64,000 nt of DNA from a virus. The notes under the pieces are model-generated. The model saw nothing but the letters and a program-made list of their open reading frames with translations. It was not told the origin of the DNA and made no database searches. Where the stretch lies: IMG/VR virus record IMGVR_UViG_3300027734_000042; one strand, given 5' to 3'. Numbering within the stretch: position 1 is the first letter of the stretch; the number at the start of each line of letters is the position of its first letter. Of this stretch, positions 1 through 10,019 are shown one piece after another. The position numbers and the translations under genes were made by a program.

Positions 1-175
1 AGCGGTTTTATTTAAAGGTATAAAACCTAGTGAATTCTTAACTTCAGCTTTACAAGTACATCCTAAATTAGAGAATGGTTCATTTGATCCAATTTACATA
101 CAATATTGTAATGCTTTAGATTTTCCAATAACTAATGATCCTACTGCAGCAGCAAATAAGGGAAAAGGAAAATAA
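1..175 (+). CDS. 3' end of a hypothetical protein, truncated by the window edge
   Basis: Open frame from base 2 (AVLFKGIKPSEF...KGKGK) to TAA at 173-175. Confidence 0.6.
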   Translation, partial: AVLFKGIKPSEFLTSALQVHPKLENGSFDPIYIQYCNALDFPITNDPTAAANKGKGK

Positions 176-185
176 TACAAAGTAG

Positions 186-737
186 ATGATTTTAAATGCT
201 AGGCAGAATGGTTTTATCTTTAACTTCCCGAAGTCTTTTATTTCGGATGAAGTAATAGCCAAATATGAGGGATACATTAAAAGAATGCCTATCCCTTACG
301 ACACAGTTAACGATTTCATTAACGCTACTATACAGCAGGTAAACTTTCCTACTCTTAGAACTATTGATACTACGGAGCAAATAAGACCTGGCGGTTTTAA
401 GCAAAGTTACAAAAGTGCAACAACGCTGCAAAACTTAATTCAAAGAGATTTCACAGTTACTTTTAAGCTAGGAGAGGGGTTTATTAATTATTGGGTTATT
501 TACGAGAACATGGTTAAGTTCCTGGACTTTCAGAATCCCGAACAATATCTTCCAGATTTTAGACTTCTGCTATTGGATAACGAAGGTATTATTATGGCTA
601 GTGTTATCTTACAACAACCAATATTTACTTCTCTGTCGGAGATTCAATTAAACTATGCCTCTTCAACCCCACAATTCTCGACATTCAGTGTGGGCTTTAA
701 ATGTAATTACGTAAACCTAAAACTAGAAATTGGATAA
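186..737 (+). CDS. T4 gp3-like tail tube terminator / tail-tube-fold protein
   Basis: Pattern N-x-F-x-F...IQQVNFPTL...DFTVTF...NYWVIY...LLLLDN...FTSLSEIQLNY...FSVGFK resembles the gp3/gp19 tube-fold family; 183 aa. Confidence 0.55.
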   Translation: MILNARQNGFIFNFPKSFISDEVIAKYEGYIKRMPIPYDTVNDFINATIQQVNFPTLRTIDTTEQIRPGGFKQSYKSATTLQNLIQRDFTVTFKLGEGFINYWVIYENMVKFLDFQNPEQYLPDFRLLLLDNEGIIMASVILQQPIFTSLSEIQLNYASSTPQFSTFSVGFKCNYVNLKLEIG

Positions 738-1410
738 TATAATCGGAATAGATTTCTCATTAAATAGTCCTGGATTTTGTATACTAACAGAAACGGACTG
801 TAAATGGATAAGCCTACATAGAACAACTAACATCATAGATAAGATGTTAAAAAAAGACGGATCACCTTTTAAAGTCTTAGGTGATAATGGTACAGTTAGT
901 ATTAATATCATACAGAAAAAAGAATTCACGGGAGAGTACCATGATAAGGAAAGACAGAAGATATTAAATGCAATATACTTTTCAGAAATTGCATTGGATT
1001 TATTAGATCCGTATCTTAACCAAAATTCTATAGTTGGTATGGAGGGTTTATCTTTTGGATCTAGCGGTAATTCATTAATAGATATTTCTATGACTACAGC
1101 ACTTATTAGAGCTGGTGTAGTTAAAAGAATAAATCCCGATAATTTCTATGTGATTTCACCAACAACTCTTAAGAAGTTTGCAGTTAAAGGAAATGCTAAA
1201 AAGGACGAACTATATAATGCCTTATTGGAGAAAAAATCAGGGGATGAAAGAATCAAGCCTCTTTTGAAGATACTAAGTGAATATAAAGACACATGGATAA
1301 AAGGAGCAGGTAAGGTGGAAAACCCATGCTCAGATATAATTGATGCAACCTGGATTTGTTTTTTTCTAGATGAAAATTTAGAGAAACTTTTGACAGGCAG
1401 CAAGATATAA
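730..1410 (+). CDS. RuvC-like (RNase H fold) Holliday junction resolvase
   Basis: IIGIDFSLNSPG, GMEGLSFGSSG, SPTTLKKFAVKGNAKKDE and SDIIDA motifs. Confidence 0.75.
   Translation: MDNIIGIDFSLNSPGFCILTETDCKWISLHRTTNIIDKMLKKDGSPFKVLGDNGTVSINIIQKKEFTGEYHDKERQKILNAIYFSEIALDLLDPYLNQNSIVGMEGLSFGSSGNSLIDISMTTALIRAGVVKRINPDNFYVISPTTLKKFAVKGNAKKDELYNALLEKKSGDERIKPLLKILSEYKDTWIKGAGKVENPCSDIIDATWICFFLDENLEKLLTGSKI
1383..1410 (+). promoter_or_regulatory. middle-type promoter GAAACT-N17-TATAA (representative copy)
   Basis: Also at 17488, 23002 (N16), 26026, 28201, 34908, 38772, 42639, 49486, 51374. Confidence 0.7.
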
Positions 1411-1439
1411 CTATTAATTAAAAACAAATTAGAAAAATT

Positions 1440-2414
1440 ATGGAAAATTACGGAGAAAATCAGGATTTCGACATCTTTAACTTAGATAACGAAGCATTTG
1501 TTAAACAGGAAGTAAAAAAGGACGAGGACGAGTTTTTATACAAACCTTATCCAGAACTAGGAAAAGACGGTGTTTATAAATCTCTAGTGAGATTTTTACC
1601 TAACATCACTAATCCGAAAAAATCTAAGGTCCACCAATATTATGTTTGGTTAAAGGATCCAGTAGACGGAGCTAATCACAAAGCTATTTGCCCTTCTACT
1701 GTTGGAAAAAAATCAATTCTTAAAGACATCTTTTGGAAGCTTAAGAATTCAGCTTCTGCTAAAGACCAGGAGCTTGCTAAATCATTCTCAAGAAAAGAAG
1801 ATTTTTATTCTTTAATTCAAGTAGTTAAAGATGCAAATCGCCCTGATCTAGAAGGAAAAATTTTAATATTCAAGTTTGGTAGAAAGGTTAACGATATGAT
1901 CGAACAACAAATCAAACCTGAATTCGGTAACCCATCTAACCCATATGATTTATTCGAAGGTAAAAACTTTGGATTACATGTAAGAAAAGTTGGAGAATGG
2001 AACAACTACGACCTTTGCCAATTCGTTGGCGATAAAATGTCTTTGCTTGTTGAAGGAAATCCTGTTGAAAAAACAGAGGAAGGAAGAGACTCAGTTATGG
2101 CATATTTAAAGACAGGTCCTTTGGATCTTGATAAATTTGATTATAGTGATTGGTCAAGTGAAGAAAACGAAAAAATCATGAGAATCATTAGAAACACTAT
2201 TCCAGATGGAAGATTGGTTGCTGAGATTATCGGAGGAAGCGCAGATTCTAAGCCATCTTCACCATCTGCATCTGCTGATTCATTCTTTGAAGAAGCAAAC
2301 GAAAGAAGCTCAACCTCAACTTTTGAAGAGGAAGAAGCTCCTGCTGATAAACCAGCTAAAACACCAACTAAAAAAGCTAGTCCTTCTCTAGACGATTTAT
2401 ATAACGATCTATAA
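1440..2414 (+). CDS. gp32: T4 gp32-like single-stranded DNA-binding protein
   Basis: VRFLP, LEGKILIFKFGRKV, NPYDLFEGKNFGL, WNNYD motifs; acidic tail ending SLDDLYNDL. Confidence 0.85.
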   Translation: MENYGENQDFDIFNLDNEAFVKQEVKKDEDEFLYKPYPELGKDGVYKSLVRFLPNITNPKKSKVHQYYVWLKDPVDGANHKAICPSTVGKKSILKDIFWKLKNSASAKDQELAKSFSRKEDFYSLIQVVKDANRPDLEGKILIFKFGRKVNDMIEQQIKPEFGNPSNPYDLFEGKNFGLHVRKVGEWNNYDLCQFVGDKMSLLVEGNPVEKTEEGRDSVMAYLKTGPLDLDKFDYSDWSSEENEKIMRIIRNTIPDGRLVAEIIGGSADSKPSSPSASADSFFEEANERSSTSTFEEEEAPADKPAKTPTKKASPSLDDLYNDL

Positions 2415-2434
2415 TATAATAAAAATGGATCGAT

Positions 2435-3508
2435 ATGGAATCAAAGACTGTAAGCAACCTATCTGTAGATAGAGTTAAAGGAATAGTTTCCTCAGCTTTG
2501 CTTAAGTTTTTTGGGAGTGACTCACAGAGATTAAAAATCTATCAAGGGGGCAACAGATTAAACTTCTGTTGCCCTTATTGTGGTGATTCAACTGACGCAA
2601 AGAAAAAAAGAGGTAACTTATATACTGATACTCTTACCTATAAATGTTATAATGGTGGATGCGGGATATTTAAAAATCTAAATCAATTTACTCGTGATTT
2701 CGAAATACAATCTCTTCTTTCAAGTGATGAGATTGCAGAGATTGCAGAGATATCTAGAAATTCCACTATAAGGAAAAAAATAAGAAATTCCTTAGACTAC
2801 TTCTTTTCGGAAAACTACAAGGATATTCTGGTTAGCAGAGATTATCTGAAACATAAATTAAATCTTAAAGAGGTTACTGGAACTTTCGCTGAAAAATGGA
2901 TTCTAGAAAGAAATCATGTACCCGATGCTAAATTTTTGTGGGATCCTAATAGGAAGAACCTTTATCTTTTAAATCTTTCGGGAGATGATACAAAAGTAAT
3001 CGGATTACAGGTAAGACCTATAGTAAAGAAAAACGGAGGTAGCAAATATTACACTTACAAACTAAGTGGAATATACAAGAACCTATTAAAGGAGACTAAT
3101 CCCGAAATAATACTTAAAGCTGAAGAGGTTGATCCTATATCTAGTGTATTTGGATTCTCTACTGTGGATCTTGATTCTATGATCACTGTTTTCGAAGGAC
3201 CTATGGATGCTTGGCTTTGTCCTAACTCAATAGCTCTTTGCTCTATCAATAATCCTTTCCCTTTTGATGTCACTAATAAAAGATGGATGCTGGACGGAGA
3301 TGGAATAGGAAGACAAAAATCAAGAGAGTTTTTAGAAAATGATGAACAGGTATTTTTATGGGGTAAATTCATAAAAGATTGTGATTTACCAGAAAGGGAT
3401 AAATGGGATCTAAATGATATAGTTAACTATGTTAAATCCACAGGAAAGAAGATCAAAAGACTTGATAATTATTTCTCTGCTGATAAATGGGATATTATAG
3501 ATATATGA
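2435..3508 (+). CDS. gp61: T4 gp61-like DNA primase
   Basis: Zinc ribbon CPYCGDS...YKCYNGGC; TOPRIM EGPMD, DGDGIG, DLND. Confidence 0.85.
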   Translation: MESKTVSNLSVDRVKGIVSSALLKFFGSDSQRLKIYQGGNRLNFCCPYCGDSTDAKKKRGNLYTDTLTYKCYNGGCGIFKNLNQFTRDFEIQSLLSSDEIAEIAEISRNSTIRKKIRNSLDYFFSENYKDILVSRDYLKHKLNLKEVTGTFAEKWILERNHVPDAKFLWDPNRKNLYLLNLSGDDTKVIGLQVRPIVKKNGGSKYYTYKLSGIYKNLLKETNPEIILKAEEVDPISSVFGFSTVDLDSMITVFEGPMDAWLCPNSIALCSINNPFPFDVTNKRWMLDGDGIGRQKSREFLENDEQVFLWGKFIKDCDLPERDKWDLNDIVNYVKSTGKKIKRLDNYFSADKWDIIDI

Positions 3509-3690
3509 AAGCTAAAGTTAACAATGGTAAATTTAAATTTCCGGTAGAGATTAAAGGAGAAATAGAACTACCCGATTTGGATATTTCTGAAAATTTTTCT
3601 AATTCTGTAGTAAAAGATAAGATAGATTCAAAAGTTAAAGAAATTTGTAAAATAAAGAAGAAAAAATGTCGGAGCAACAACCTAATGTAG
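3487..3690 (+). CDS. small hypothetical protein (start probably ATG at 3505)
   Basis: Fills the gap between primase and uvsY with short overlaps at both ends. Confidence 0.45.
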   Translation: MGYYRYMKAKVNNGKFKFPVEIKGEIELPDLDISENFSNSVVKDKIDSKVKEICKIKKKKCRSNNLM

Positions 3691-4124
3691 AGAAAAAAGA
3701 TTTCGATAAGGGATTCCAAATAGAAAGAGAAGAATGGACGGAAAAAATTAGAGAGCTTTCTATTAGAATGAAAAATATTAGAGAGCTGGCTGATGTCCAG
3801 GTCGATCTTTATTATAATAGACAGATACTATTAGAATACTCTTCTAAGTTAGGACAGGTAATGAGCAAGCTTAACGCTAAATTCAGAAAAGATAAGTCTA
3901 GCAGATTAAAATACTATTCTGAAATGTCTCAAGTAAAATACGGAGCTAATGAAAAAACCCCTCTAATTGAAGGGGATCTTTCTGAATTAAAAGAAAGAAT
4001 GGATCTTGTAAATGAACATATATCTTTCCTCAACGAGACAATGAAGACCATTGATTTTATGCTTTATGGGGTAAAAGACAGAATAAAGTTACAGGAATTT
4101 TTATCAGGCAATACTTCCAATTAG
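3666..4124 (+). CDS. uvsY: UvsY-like recombination mediator
   Basis: About 150 aa helical protein with KYYS and FLNETMKTIDFMLYGVKDRIK; synteny upstream of uvsW. Confidence 0.6.
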   Translation: MSEQQPNVEKKDFDKGFQIEREEWTEKIRELSIRMKNIRELADVQVDLYYNRQILLEYSSKLGQVMSKLNAKFRKDKSSRLKYYSEMSQVKYGANEKTPLIEGDLSELKERMDLVNEHISFLNETMKTIDFMLYGVKDRIKLQEFLSGNTSN

Positions 4125-4140
4125 ATTCTACATTTTATTC

Positions 4141-4650
4141 CATATAAAAAATATATTAGAACAAGGGCTTGAACCTATTATAATTAAATATAAAGATAAT
4201 CTTATTGAAGCTGATTCGTTTGAAATTGAAAAAAATATGATAGAATTAATAGGTAGAAAAGATTTATCTAGAGGTCCTTTAAGGAATTTAAGCAACGGGG
4301 GAGAAGGAAATGGCGAAAGAAAATTTACAGATGAACACAGGAAGAATATAAGTATTTCAAAAAAAGGAATAGTTACTGAAAAAATTAGAGAAAATCTTAA
4401 AGGAATACATAAAAGAATGCTGGGAAATCAAAGAACCCTTGGTTTTAAATTTTCAGAGGAGAGTAAAAAAAAATTGGTGGAATCTCATTATAAGCCTGTT
4501 TTTCAGATAGGATTAGATGGTGAAATATTAAATGAGTTTCCCTCTATAAAAGATGCTGAGTCTTACATTGGGGTATCAATTAAAAAAGTACTTAGAGGTG
4601 GCGGAAAAACTGCTGGGGGATTTCTCTGGAAGTATAAAAATAATTACTAG
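4141..4650 (+). pseudogene. N-terminally deleted GIY-YIG/NUMOD homing endonuclease
   Basis: Frame stays open upstream of the ATG at 4237 (HIKNILEQGLEPIII...EIEKNMIELIGRKD...NLSNGGEG). NUMOD3-like (SEESKKKL) and NUMOD1 (KTAGGFLWKY) modules follow; the GIY/YIG catalytic start is missing. Confidence 0.65.
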
Positions 4651-4652
4651 TA

Positions 4653-6194
4653 ATGTTAAAATTTGTAGTATGTGAAGATAAAAATTGGTTAAGCCTTATA
4701 GATTACGATGAGGAGTTTGAGAGAAAACAAATTGAGATATCATTAACTAGAAAAATACATAATCACTTTTTCCATCCATTGGTTAAGAAAAAACATTGGG
4801 ATGGGGCAATATGCTTTGTTGATAAAAGACTTCCTATATGGAGAGTTCCTATCGGATTATGGTCTGAGATTTATCATATATGTCAAAAATATAAAATAGA
4901 AATTCAGATAGACGGATTAGGACAAATAATAGACAACGAATTTACACTAGAGTCTTATACTGAATGGTGTAATGAATTTTTTAAAGACGGAGTTGGCGGC
5001 GATCCTAATAAAATGCCAAGAGATTATCAAATAGAAACTGCTTGGAAGATTATCAAGTTTAAACTATCAGTTTCAGAGGTGGCAACAAGTTCAGGAAAGA
5101 CCCTTATAGCTTTTATGGTAATGGCTTATCTTAAAGAGGTACTAAAGGTTAAAAAATTCTTGATGGTTGTGCCTAACACTAACTTAGTTATTCAAGGATC
5201 TGAGGATTTTGAAGAGTATGGATTAGAAAAATTAGAAGACTGTGAGATTCAACAAATTCATGGTGCAAATAAGAAGAAAATTCCAGGGGGATTAATGATA
5301 GGTACTTATCAATCACTTGTTAAAATGGATCCTGATTTTTTCGATGATGTTGAGGCAGTATTTGTGGATGAGTGTCACCAAGCCCAAAGTGCATCTATTA
5401 AAAAGGTAGTTGCATTATGTAAAGACTCTAAATGGAGATTTGGTTTATCCGGAACATTAGCTAATAAAAATACAGCGGAGTATTTAACTATTCAGCAATT
5501 CTTAGGACCCTTGATTATGGAGATATCTCCTAAATTCCTATTTGATAATAATTATGCTACACCAGTTTCAATTAAGATAGTTAAAATGGACTGGATGGAT
5601 CCAGAGGTTAAAGAAAAACTATCTAAGCTTAAGGAGGAAAAAAACGAGATGGAAGGTAATGAGCTTTTTAATCTCGAAAGAAAACTTGTTGTTAATTCTG
5701 ATAAGAGACTTAATTATATTATCAACTTTGTTCTTAAGACATCTAAAAATTCGTTAATACTTTTCCAGTCTGTGGGAGAAGGGTACGGCAAAAGAATATA
5801 CGAGGGTATTCGTGACAGATCTAGCGATAGGGAGGTTTATTATATAGACGGGGATACTGATCCTGACAAGAGAGATATTTTTACAAAAAAAATGGAAGAG
5901 GGTATTAATAAAATAATGGTAGCTTCTTTTGGTACTATGTCTACTGGTATTTCAGTTAAGAACATACATAATATATTTCTTACCGAATCATACAAATCTG
6001 AGGTTTTAATTAAACAAAGTCTAGGAAGGGGCATGAGACTATATGATGGCAAGGAGAAAGTAAATATTATAGATTTTGTAGATGACTTCAGTTGGGAAGG
6101 CAAGGATAATTATTTAATGAAGCATTCCAAGGAAAGAATAGAAATTTATAAAAAAGAACAATTCGAGTACAAGATATATGAGATCAAAATTTAG
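4653..6194 (+). CDS. uvsW: UvsW SF2 DNA helicase
   Basis: WDG, PRDYQ, ATSSGKT, DECH, GLSGT, STGIS, QSLGRGMR. Confidence 0.92.
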   Translation: MLKFVVCEDKNWLSLIDYDEEFERKQIEISLTRKIHNHFFHPLVKKKHWDGAICFVDKRLPIWRVPIGLWSEIYHICQKYKIEIQIDGLGQIIDNEFTLESYTEWCNEFFKDGVGGDPNKMPRDYQIETAWKIIKFKLSVSEVATSSGKTLIAFMVMAYLKEVLKVKKFLMVVPNTNLVIQGSEDFEEYGLEKLEDCEIQQIHGANKKKIPGGLMIGTYQSLVKMDPDFFDDVEAVFVDECHQAQSASIKKVVALCKDSKWRFGLSGTLANKNTAEYLTIQQFLGPLIMEISPKFLFDNNYATPVSIKIVKMDWMDPEVKEKLSKLKEEKNEMEGNELFNLERKLVVNSDKRLNYIINFVLKTSKNSLILFQSVGEGYGKRIYEGIRDRSSDREVYYIDGDTDPDKRDIFTKKMEEGINKIMVASFGTMSTGISVKNIHNIFLTESYKSEVLIKQSLGRGMRLYDGKEKVNIIDFVDDFSWEGKDNYLMKHSKERIEIYKKEQFEYKIYEIKI

Positions 6195-6200
6195 ATTTTG

Positions 6201-6208
6201 GATATATA
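6201..6208 (+). promoter_or_regulatory. late promoter GATATATA (representative copy)
   Basis: Same 8-mer a few to ~40 nt before starts at 9998, 11766, 13594, 14929, 20626, 27329, 30181, 33470, 38302, 43239, 58281 (+) and 51343, 53057, 55228, 57692, 58244, 60201, 62576 (-); analogous to T4 TATAAATA. Confidence 0.75.
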
Positions 6209-6229
6209 AAAGGAAAGAAAAGAATCTCG

Positions 6230-6829
6230 ATGAAAAATATTAAAGATTACGAAAGATTTTGTCTTAATGAAGCGGAAGAAATAATGTGGTCTAGGCATCT
6301 TGGAAACAATGCCAATAGTTACGAGGATAGAGCTAAAAATTATTATAATTTGTCTAGCAACCCAAGTATACTTTCTAAAGCACAGAATTTCTTCCAGAAA
6401 ATGGAGGATAGAATTAACAATATGGCTAGAGTAGGTAAAGGACTTGCTCAACAAAATAGATCTGGTAGAACTGGTGATTTAGATACTGGATACGAAAATC
6501 TATTTGGGCTTGTTTCTGTTGTTCCTAGCGTTCTTAAAAGAGTATTTGGACCAACTAAGTTTGAGGTAGCTAAAAGTGCACCAGCAAATGATAGCGAGGT
6601 CAATCTTGAATTCATGAGACACACTAATGAGGATTTTGCTAAGAGTGAACTTCCTAATATTAGATCAGAAAAACAATTAGAAGACAATATCGCTGACCTT
6701 TATCAAAAAGGTGAAGTTAAAAAAGGTGAAGTACCTGTTCTTGATGATATAGCAATGAATAGAATCAATCTATATTACACGAGGCAAGAAACGCCAAACC
6801 AGCCAATATTCCAACCAAATAATCTATAA
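6230..6829 (+). CDS. hypothetical late protein, putative capsid-internal
   Basis: GATATATA at 6201; N-terminus MKNIKDYERFCLNE. Confidence 0.7.
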   Translation: MKNIKDYERFCLNEAEEIMWSRHLGNNANSYEDRAKNYYNLSSNPSILSKAQNFFQKMEDRINNMARVGKGLAQQNRSGRTGDLDTGYENLFGLVSVVPSVLKRVFGPTKFEVAKSAPANDSEVNLEFMRHTNEDFAKSELPNIRSEKQLEDNIADLYQKGEVKKGEVPVLDDIAMNRINLYYTRQETPNQPIFQPNNL

Positions 6830-6831
6830 AA

Positions 6832-7575
6832 ATGAAAAAATTCTCTTCAATAGTAGAAAAGAAAAAACAAGAATTACACGAAAATCAAGTAATCAACGAG
6901 AGAAATCTTTATCTCGACTTTGCAAAGAAATACCATAAAAAACAGGGTGTATCTGGACCTTTCGATAAAAAATTCCAAGGTGATAAAAAAGCTCAGGAAG
7001 AATATATGGAAGGCCTAGGTAAAGCTTGGGCAGAGCACAAGGAAAAGAAAGGTATCAAAAATAAGTCTGAAAAGGGTAAGTTCGATTTTGCTAAGAAAAA
7101 AATGAACGAATCTAAGGCTTTTGATATGGCTAAGCAAATGATAGGTGACGGTGGAGATCCTAACTATCACTTCGTTACAATGTGTGACGACTATCTTTTT
7201 GAAAAAGATGGAGAAATGATAAGATACAGCAAAGATATGATGTCTGCGCCGCTTAAAATCAAAACTACACCTACTTTAGGAGCTTATACATTCGGGCCTT
7301 TTATGAATATTGAAGAATCTAAAATGTTTGCTGCTAGCATAGAGCTAGACGAGATCAATGGACCTAGAATGGTTACTATTGAGGACAGAAAAACAGGTGA
7401 GGTTTTCAGTAAGTATTTAACTTGCAAACTTCAACCAGTTTGGGATGAGCACGAAGAGGAAAGCTTTGAATCTATGGAAGATTCAGATGATGAAGAATTT
7501 GAAGATCCTAGTGCAGAATACACATACGGTGAAGAGACTGAAGACGAAGAAACAGAAGACGGAGAGGAAGAATAA
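6832..7575 (+). CDS. hypothetical late protein with acidic tail
   Basis: N-terminus MKKFSSIVE; internal INE/MNE sites; E/D-rich C-terminus. Confidence 0.7.
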   Translation: MKKFSSIVEKKKQELHENQVINERNLYLDFAKKYHKKQGVSGPFDKKFQGDKKAQEEYMEGLGKAWAEHKEKKGIKNKSEKGKFDFAKKKMNESKAFDMAKQMIGDGGDPNYHFVTMCDDYLFEKDGEMIRYSKDMMSAPLKIKTTPTLGAYTFGPFMNIEESKMFAASIELDEINGPRMVTIEDRKTGEVFSKYLTCKLQPVWDEHEEESFESMEDSDDEEFEDPSAEYTYGEETEDEETEDGEEE

Positions 7576-7578
7576 AAA

Positions 7579-8022
7579 ATGCTAACCCATTCACAAAGTC
7601 AAGCACTCTATCCTGTACTACAACACTACACAGGAACTAAGATAGTTTCTATCTCTGATAGAGGAGATGAACTTATCTTTAGCAATTCTTGGGGTCAATC
7701 AGGATTATTAGTTGAAGATAATAATGGGGATTGGGAAATAATAATAGGACAGGAATTAGTTGATCGGATTGAAAAAGATGTCTTTGAAGCTTTAGTTAAG
7801 CCTAGAGTAAAAAGCAACATTGAGGAATATATTAAGATTTTAGAACATTTAACTAATGATTCAAATGTAAGTTACAGATCTAAAGTTTTAGTTTCTCAGA
7901 TACTTGGTATACTAGAAGAATTTATTTTAAATTCTAATTTTTTACCCAAGAAAGAAATAAAGTTTGGGCCTTTTTGGATTTTTAACTATAAAGGAAATAA
8001 GTTTATAAACTCATTAAATTAA
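7579..8022 (+). CDS. hypothetical protein
   Basis: Tightly packed operon ORF. Confidence 0.65.
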   Translation: MLTHSQSQALYPVLQHYTGTKIVSISDRGDELIFSNSWGQSGLLVEDNNGDWEIIIGQELVDRIEKDVFEALVKPRVKSNIEEYIKILEHLTNDSNVSYRSKVLVSQILGILEEFILNSNFLPKKEIKFGPFWIFNYKGNKFINSLN

Positions 8023-8023
8023 A

Positions 8024-10006
8024 ATGTCAGGAATAAAACACTTATCGGACATCTTTCAAGATAAAGGAAAAAGCTTCATAGAAAAGCTTTTTGGTAAAGA
8101 ATTGACCGTAACGGAAAATCTTGATGGATCCACTTTCTCTTTTGAGAGAGATTTTACTGGAAATAATATTTCATTTTATAAGAAGGATCAAGAAAATCCT
8201 ATTACTAAAGTCGATAGGATATTAATGTCTTATTACGAAAAGCCTATAAATTATATAGACTCTTTGCCAGAATCTACTAAAGAAGAAATCCCTAAAGGAT
8301 GGAGATTTGGTATGACATATTTTCCTAATACTAAACCTGTCAGAATAGAATATGAAAGAGTCCCTAAAAATCATTTAATATTAACACACATACTTATTAG
8401 GGATGAATTTGGCGAAACTGAAAGAACAGTACAGGATAAAGATGAACTTGACAAATGGGCAGATAAGATTGGTGTTGAAAGAGCGCCAATTATTTTTCAA
8501 GGAAAACTGAGCGAGGATCAGAAATTATCAATAATGGATTTTATTTCTACTCCTTTAATGGATCTGAGAAATAGATTTAAAACTGAGAGTTTCTCTAAAT
8601 ATCTTATATCTATTTTAAACCCAGAAATAGTTAAAACAACATTAGGTAAGGATCTTCACGGGGAAATTGATTCCTTAGTTTTTAAATTTTCTGACGAAGG
8701 AAAAGATGAGACAATTCTTGCTAAGATGGTAGATCCTGTTTTCTATGAAATATCAAAAGATAGAAAAGCAACAAGATCATCTCATTTCCCAAGTGACATA
8801 TATTCTTTATGTTTAATAGATGTAATGAACTTCATACTCGAAAAAGGAGTAGAATCTTTTGATGCTAAAGGAATAGAGCCAGAGGAGAGATACATTAATT
8901 TTGTATTCTCCGTATTTAAGAACTTTATCTACGAAGAGGGTGAAAGATATCTCGGAGTAGACTTTGACAAACCTGAGTATTTAAAATCTGAAGAATTTGC
9001 ACTAAATAAGGATTTAATACAGGATACTGAGGTTATTTCTTATTTAGATAAAGATGACTCATATATTGATATTCTACAAATGATTCTTAATTCATTTAGA
9101 AAGTTTAAAAGAAAGCCTCATGGATTTTTTACCTCTGGGTTAATAAATCAATTTAACCAACTAGTAGAAGAAATAGCTTCTTATATAAATGCTAAAAGAA
9201 AAGAAAGAATAGAGGAATCATTAGGTATGCCTACTTTTGTTTGGTTTAAAAAAGCAGGATCTAGATTCAATGTAGAATATGAAGAAGAACCTGAGGCTGT
9301 AGAGGAAAAATTATTATCTGATCATACTGATATGATCTTAGAATCTGAAAATTCGGATAAAGAATCAGAGGAGGATACTTCAGAATTCTTTTCTTTTAAG
9401 GATTTTAAAAAAGTAGTTTCTACAAATAAAGAGAAAAAGAAGATTAAGATATTGAATGAATCTAACGGTAAGGTCAATGTTATAATTGGGAAATTTCAGC
9501 CTTTTAATAATGGACACTTAAAGATGTGTTCTAGAGTTAAAAAAGAAAACGATCTTCCAGTATTTTTATGTGTGGTTCACCCAGGAGGCGATCCTAATAA
9601 TAAATTCCCTTTCTCTGACGAGCTTGTTAGAAAAGCAATAGGATCTCTAGTTTCTGAAAATGATAAGATGTTTGCAGGATTCGAAATAGTTCCTAGTAAT
9701 TTATTAGAAGATGCTATTAATACAGTTTCTAAGGTGGCAAACCCAGCATCTATTTGTATAGGTGAGAATGATTTCGAAAATATGCTACTCCAAAGAGAAT
9801 GGGTTAGAAATAAATATGATCTTAACGGTGGAGACATAGAGATATTTAAAACACCAGCATGGTCTGATAATAATACAGTAAGAGATTATATTAGAAATGG
9901 TGATTTTCAAGAATTCAAAAGTAAAGTTCCTAAATCTATTGCAGTATTGTTTAATGAATTCAATAGAGAAATTCAAGAACTCGAAAACCCTAATGAAGAT
10001 ATATAA
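8024..10006 (+). CDS. RNA-ligase-fold plus cytidyltransferase-like (HxGH) two-domain protein, both motifs degenerate
   Basis: TENLDGS resembles ligase motif I (TEKxDG), with APIIFQG and LAKMVD; C-terminal GKFQPFNNGH and KFPFS. Confidence 0.55.
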   Translation: MSGIKHLSDIFQDKGKSFIEKLFGKELTVTENLDGSTFSFERDFTGNNISFYKKDQENPITKVDRILMSYYEKPINYIDSLPESTKEEIPKGWRFGMTYFPNTKPVRIEYERVPKNHLILTHILIRDEFGETERTVQDKDELDKWADKIGVERAPIIFQGKLSEDQKLSIMDFISTPLMDLRNRFKTESFSKYLISILNPEIVKTTLGKDLHGEIDSLVFKFSDEGKDETILAKMVDPVFYEISKDRKATRSSHFPSDIYSLCLIDVMNFILEKGVESFDAKGIEPEERYINFVFSVFKNFIYEEGERYLGVDFDKPEYLKSEEFALNKDLIQDTEVISYLDKDDSYIDILQMILNSFRKFKRKPHGFFTSGLINQFNQLVEEIASYINAKRKERIEESLGMPTFVWFKKAGSRFNVEYEEEPEAVEEKLLSDHTDMILESENSDKESEEDTSEFFSFKDFKKVVSTNKEKKKIKILNESNGKVNVIIGKFQPFNNGHLKMCSRVKKENDLPVFLCVVHPGGDPNNKFPFSDELVRKAIGSLVSENDKMFAGFEIVPSNLLEDAINTVSKVANPASICIGENDFENMLLQREWVRNKYDLNGGDIEIFKTPAWSDNNTVRDYIRNGDFQEFKSKVPKSIAVLFNEFNREIQELENPNEDI

Positions 10007-10019
10007 ATAAAAAATAGAA

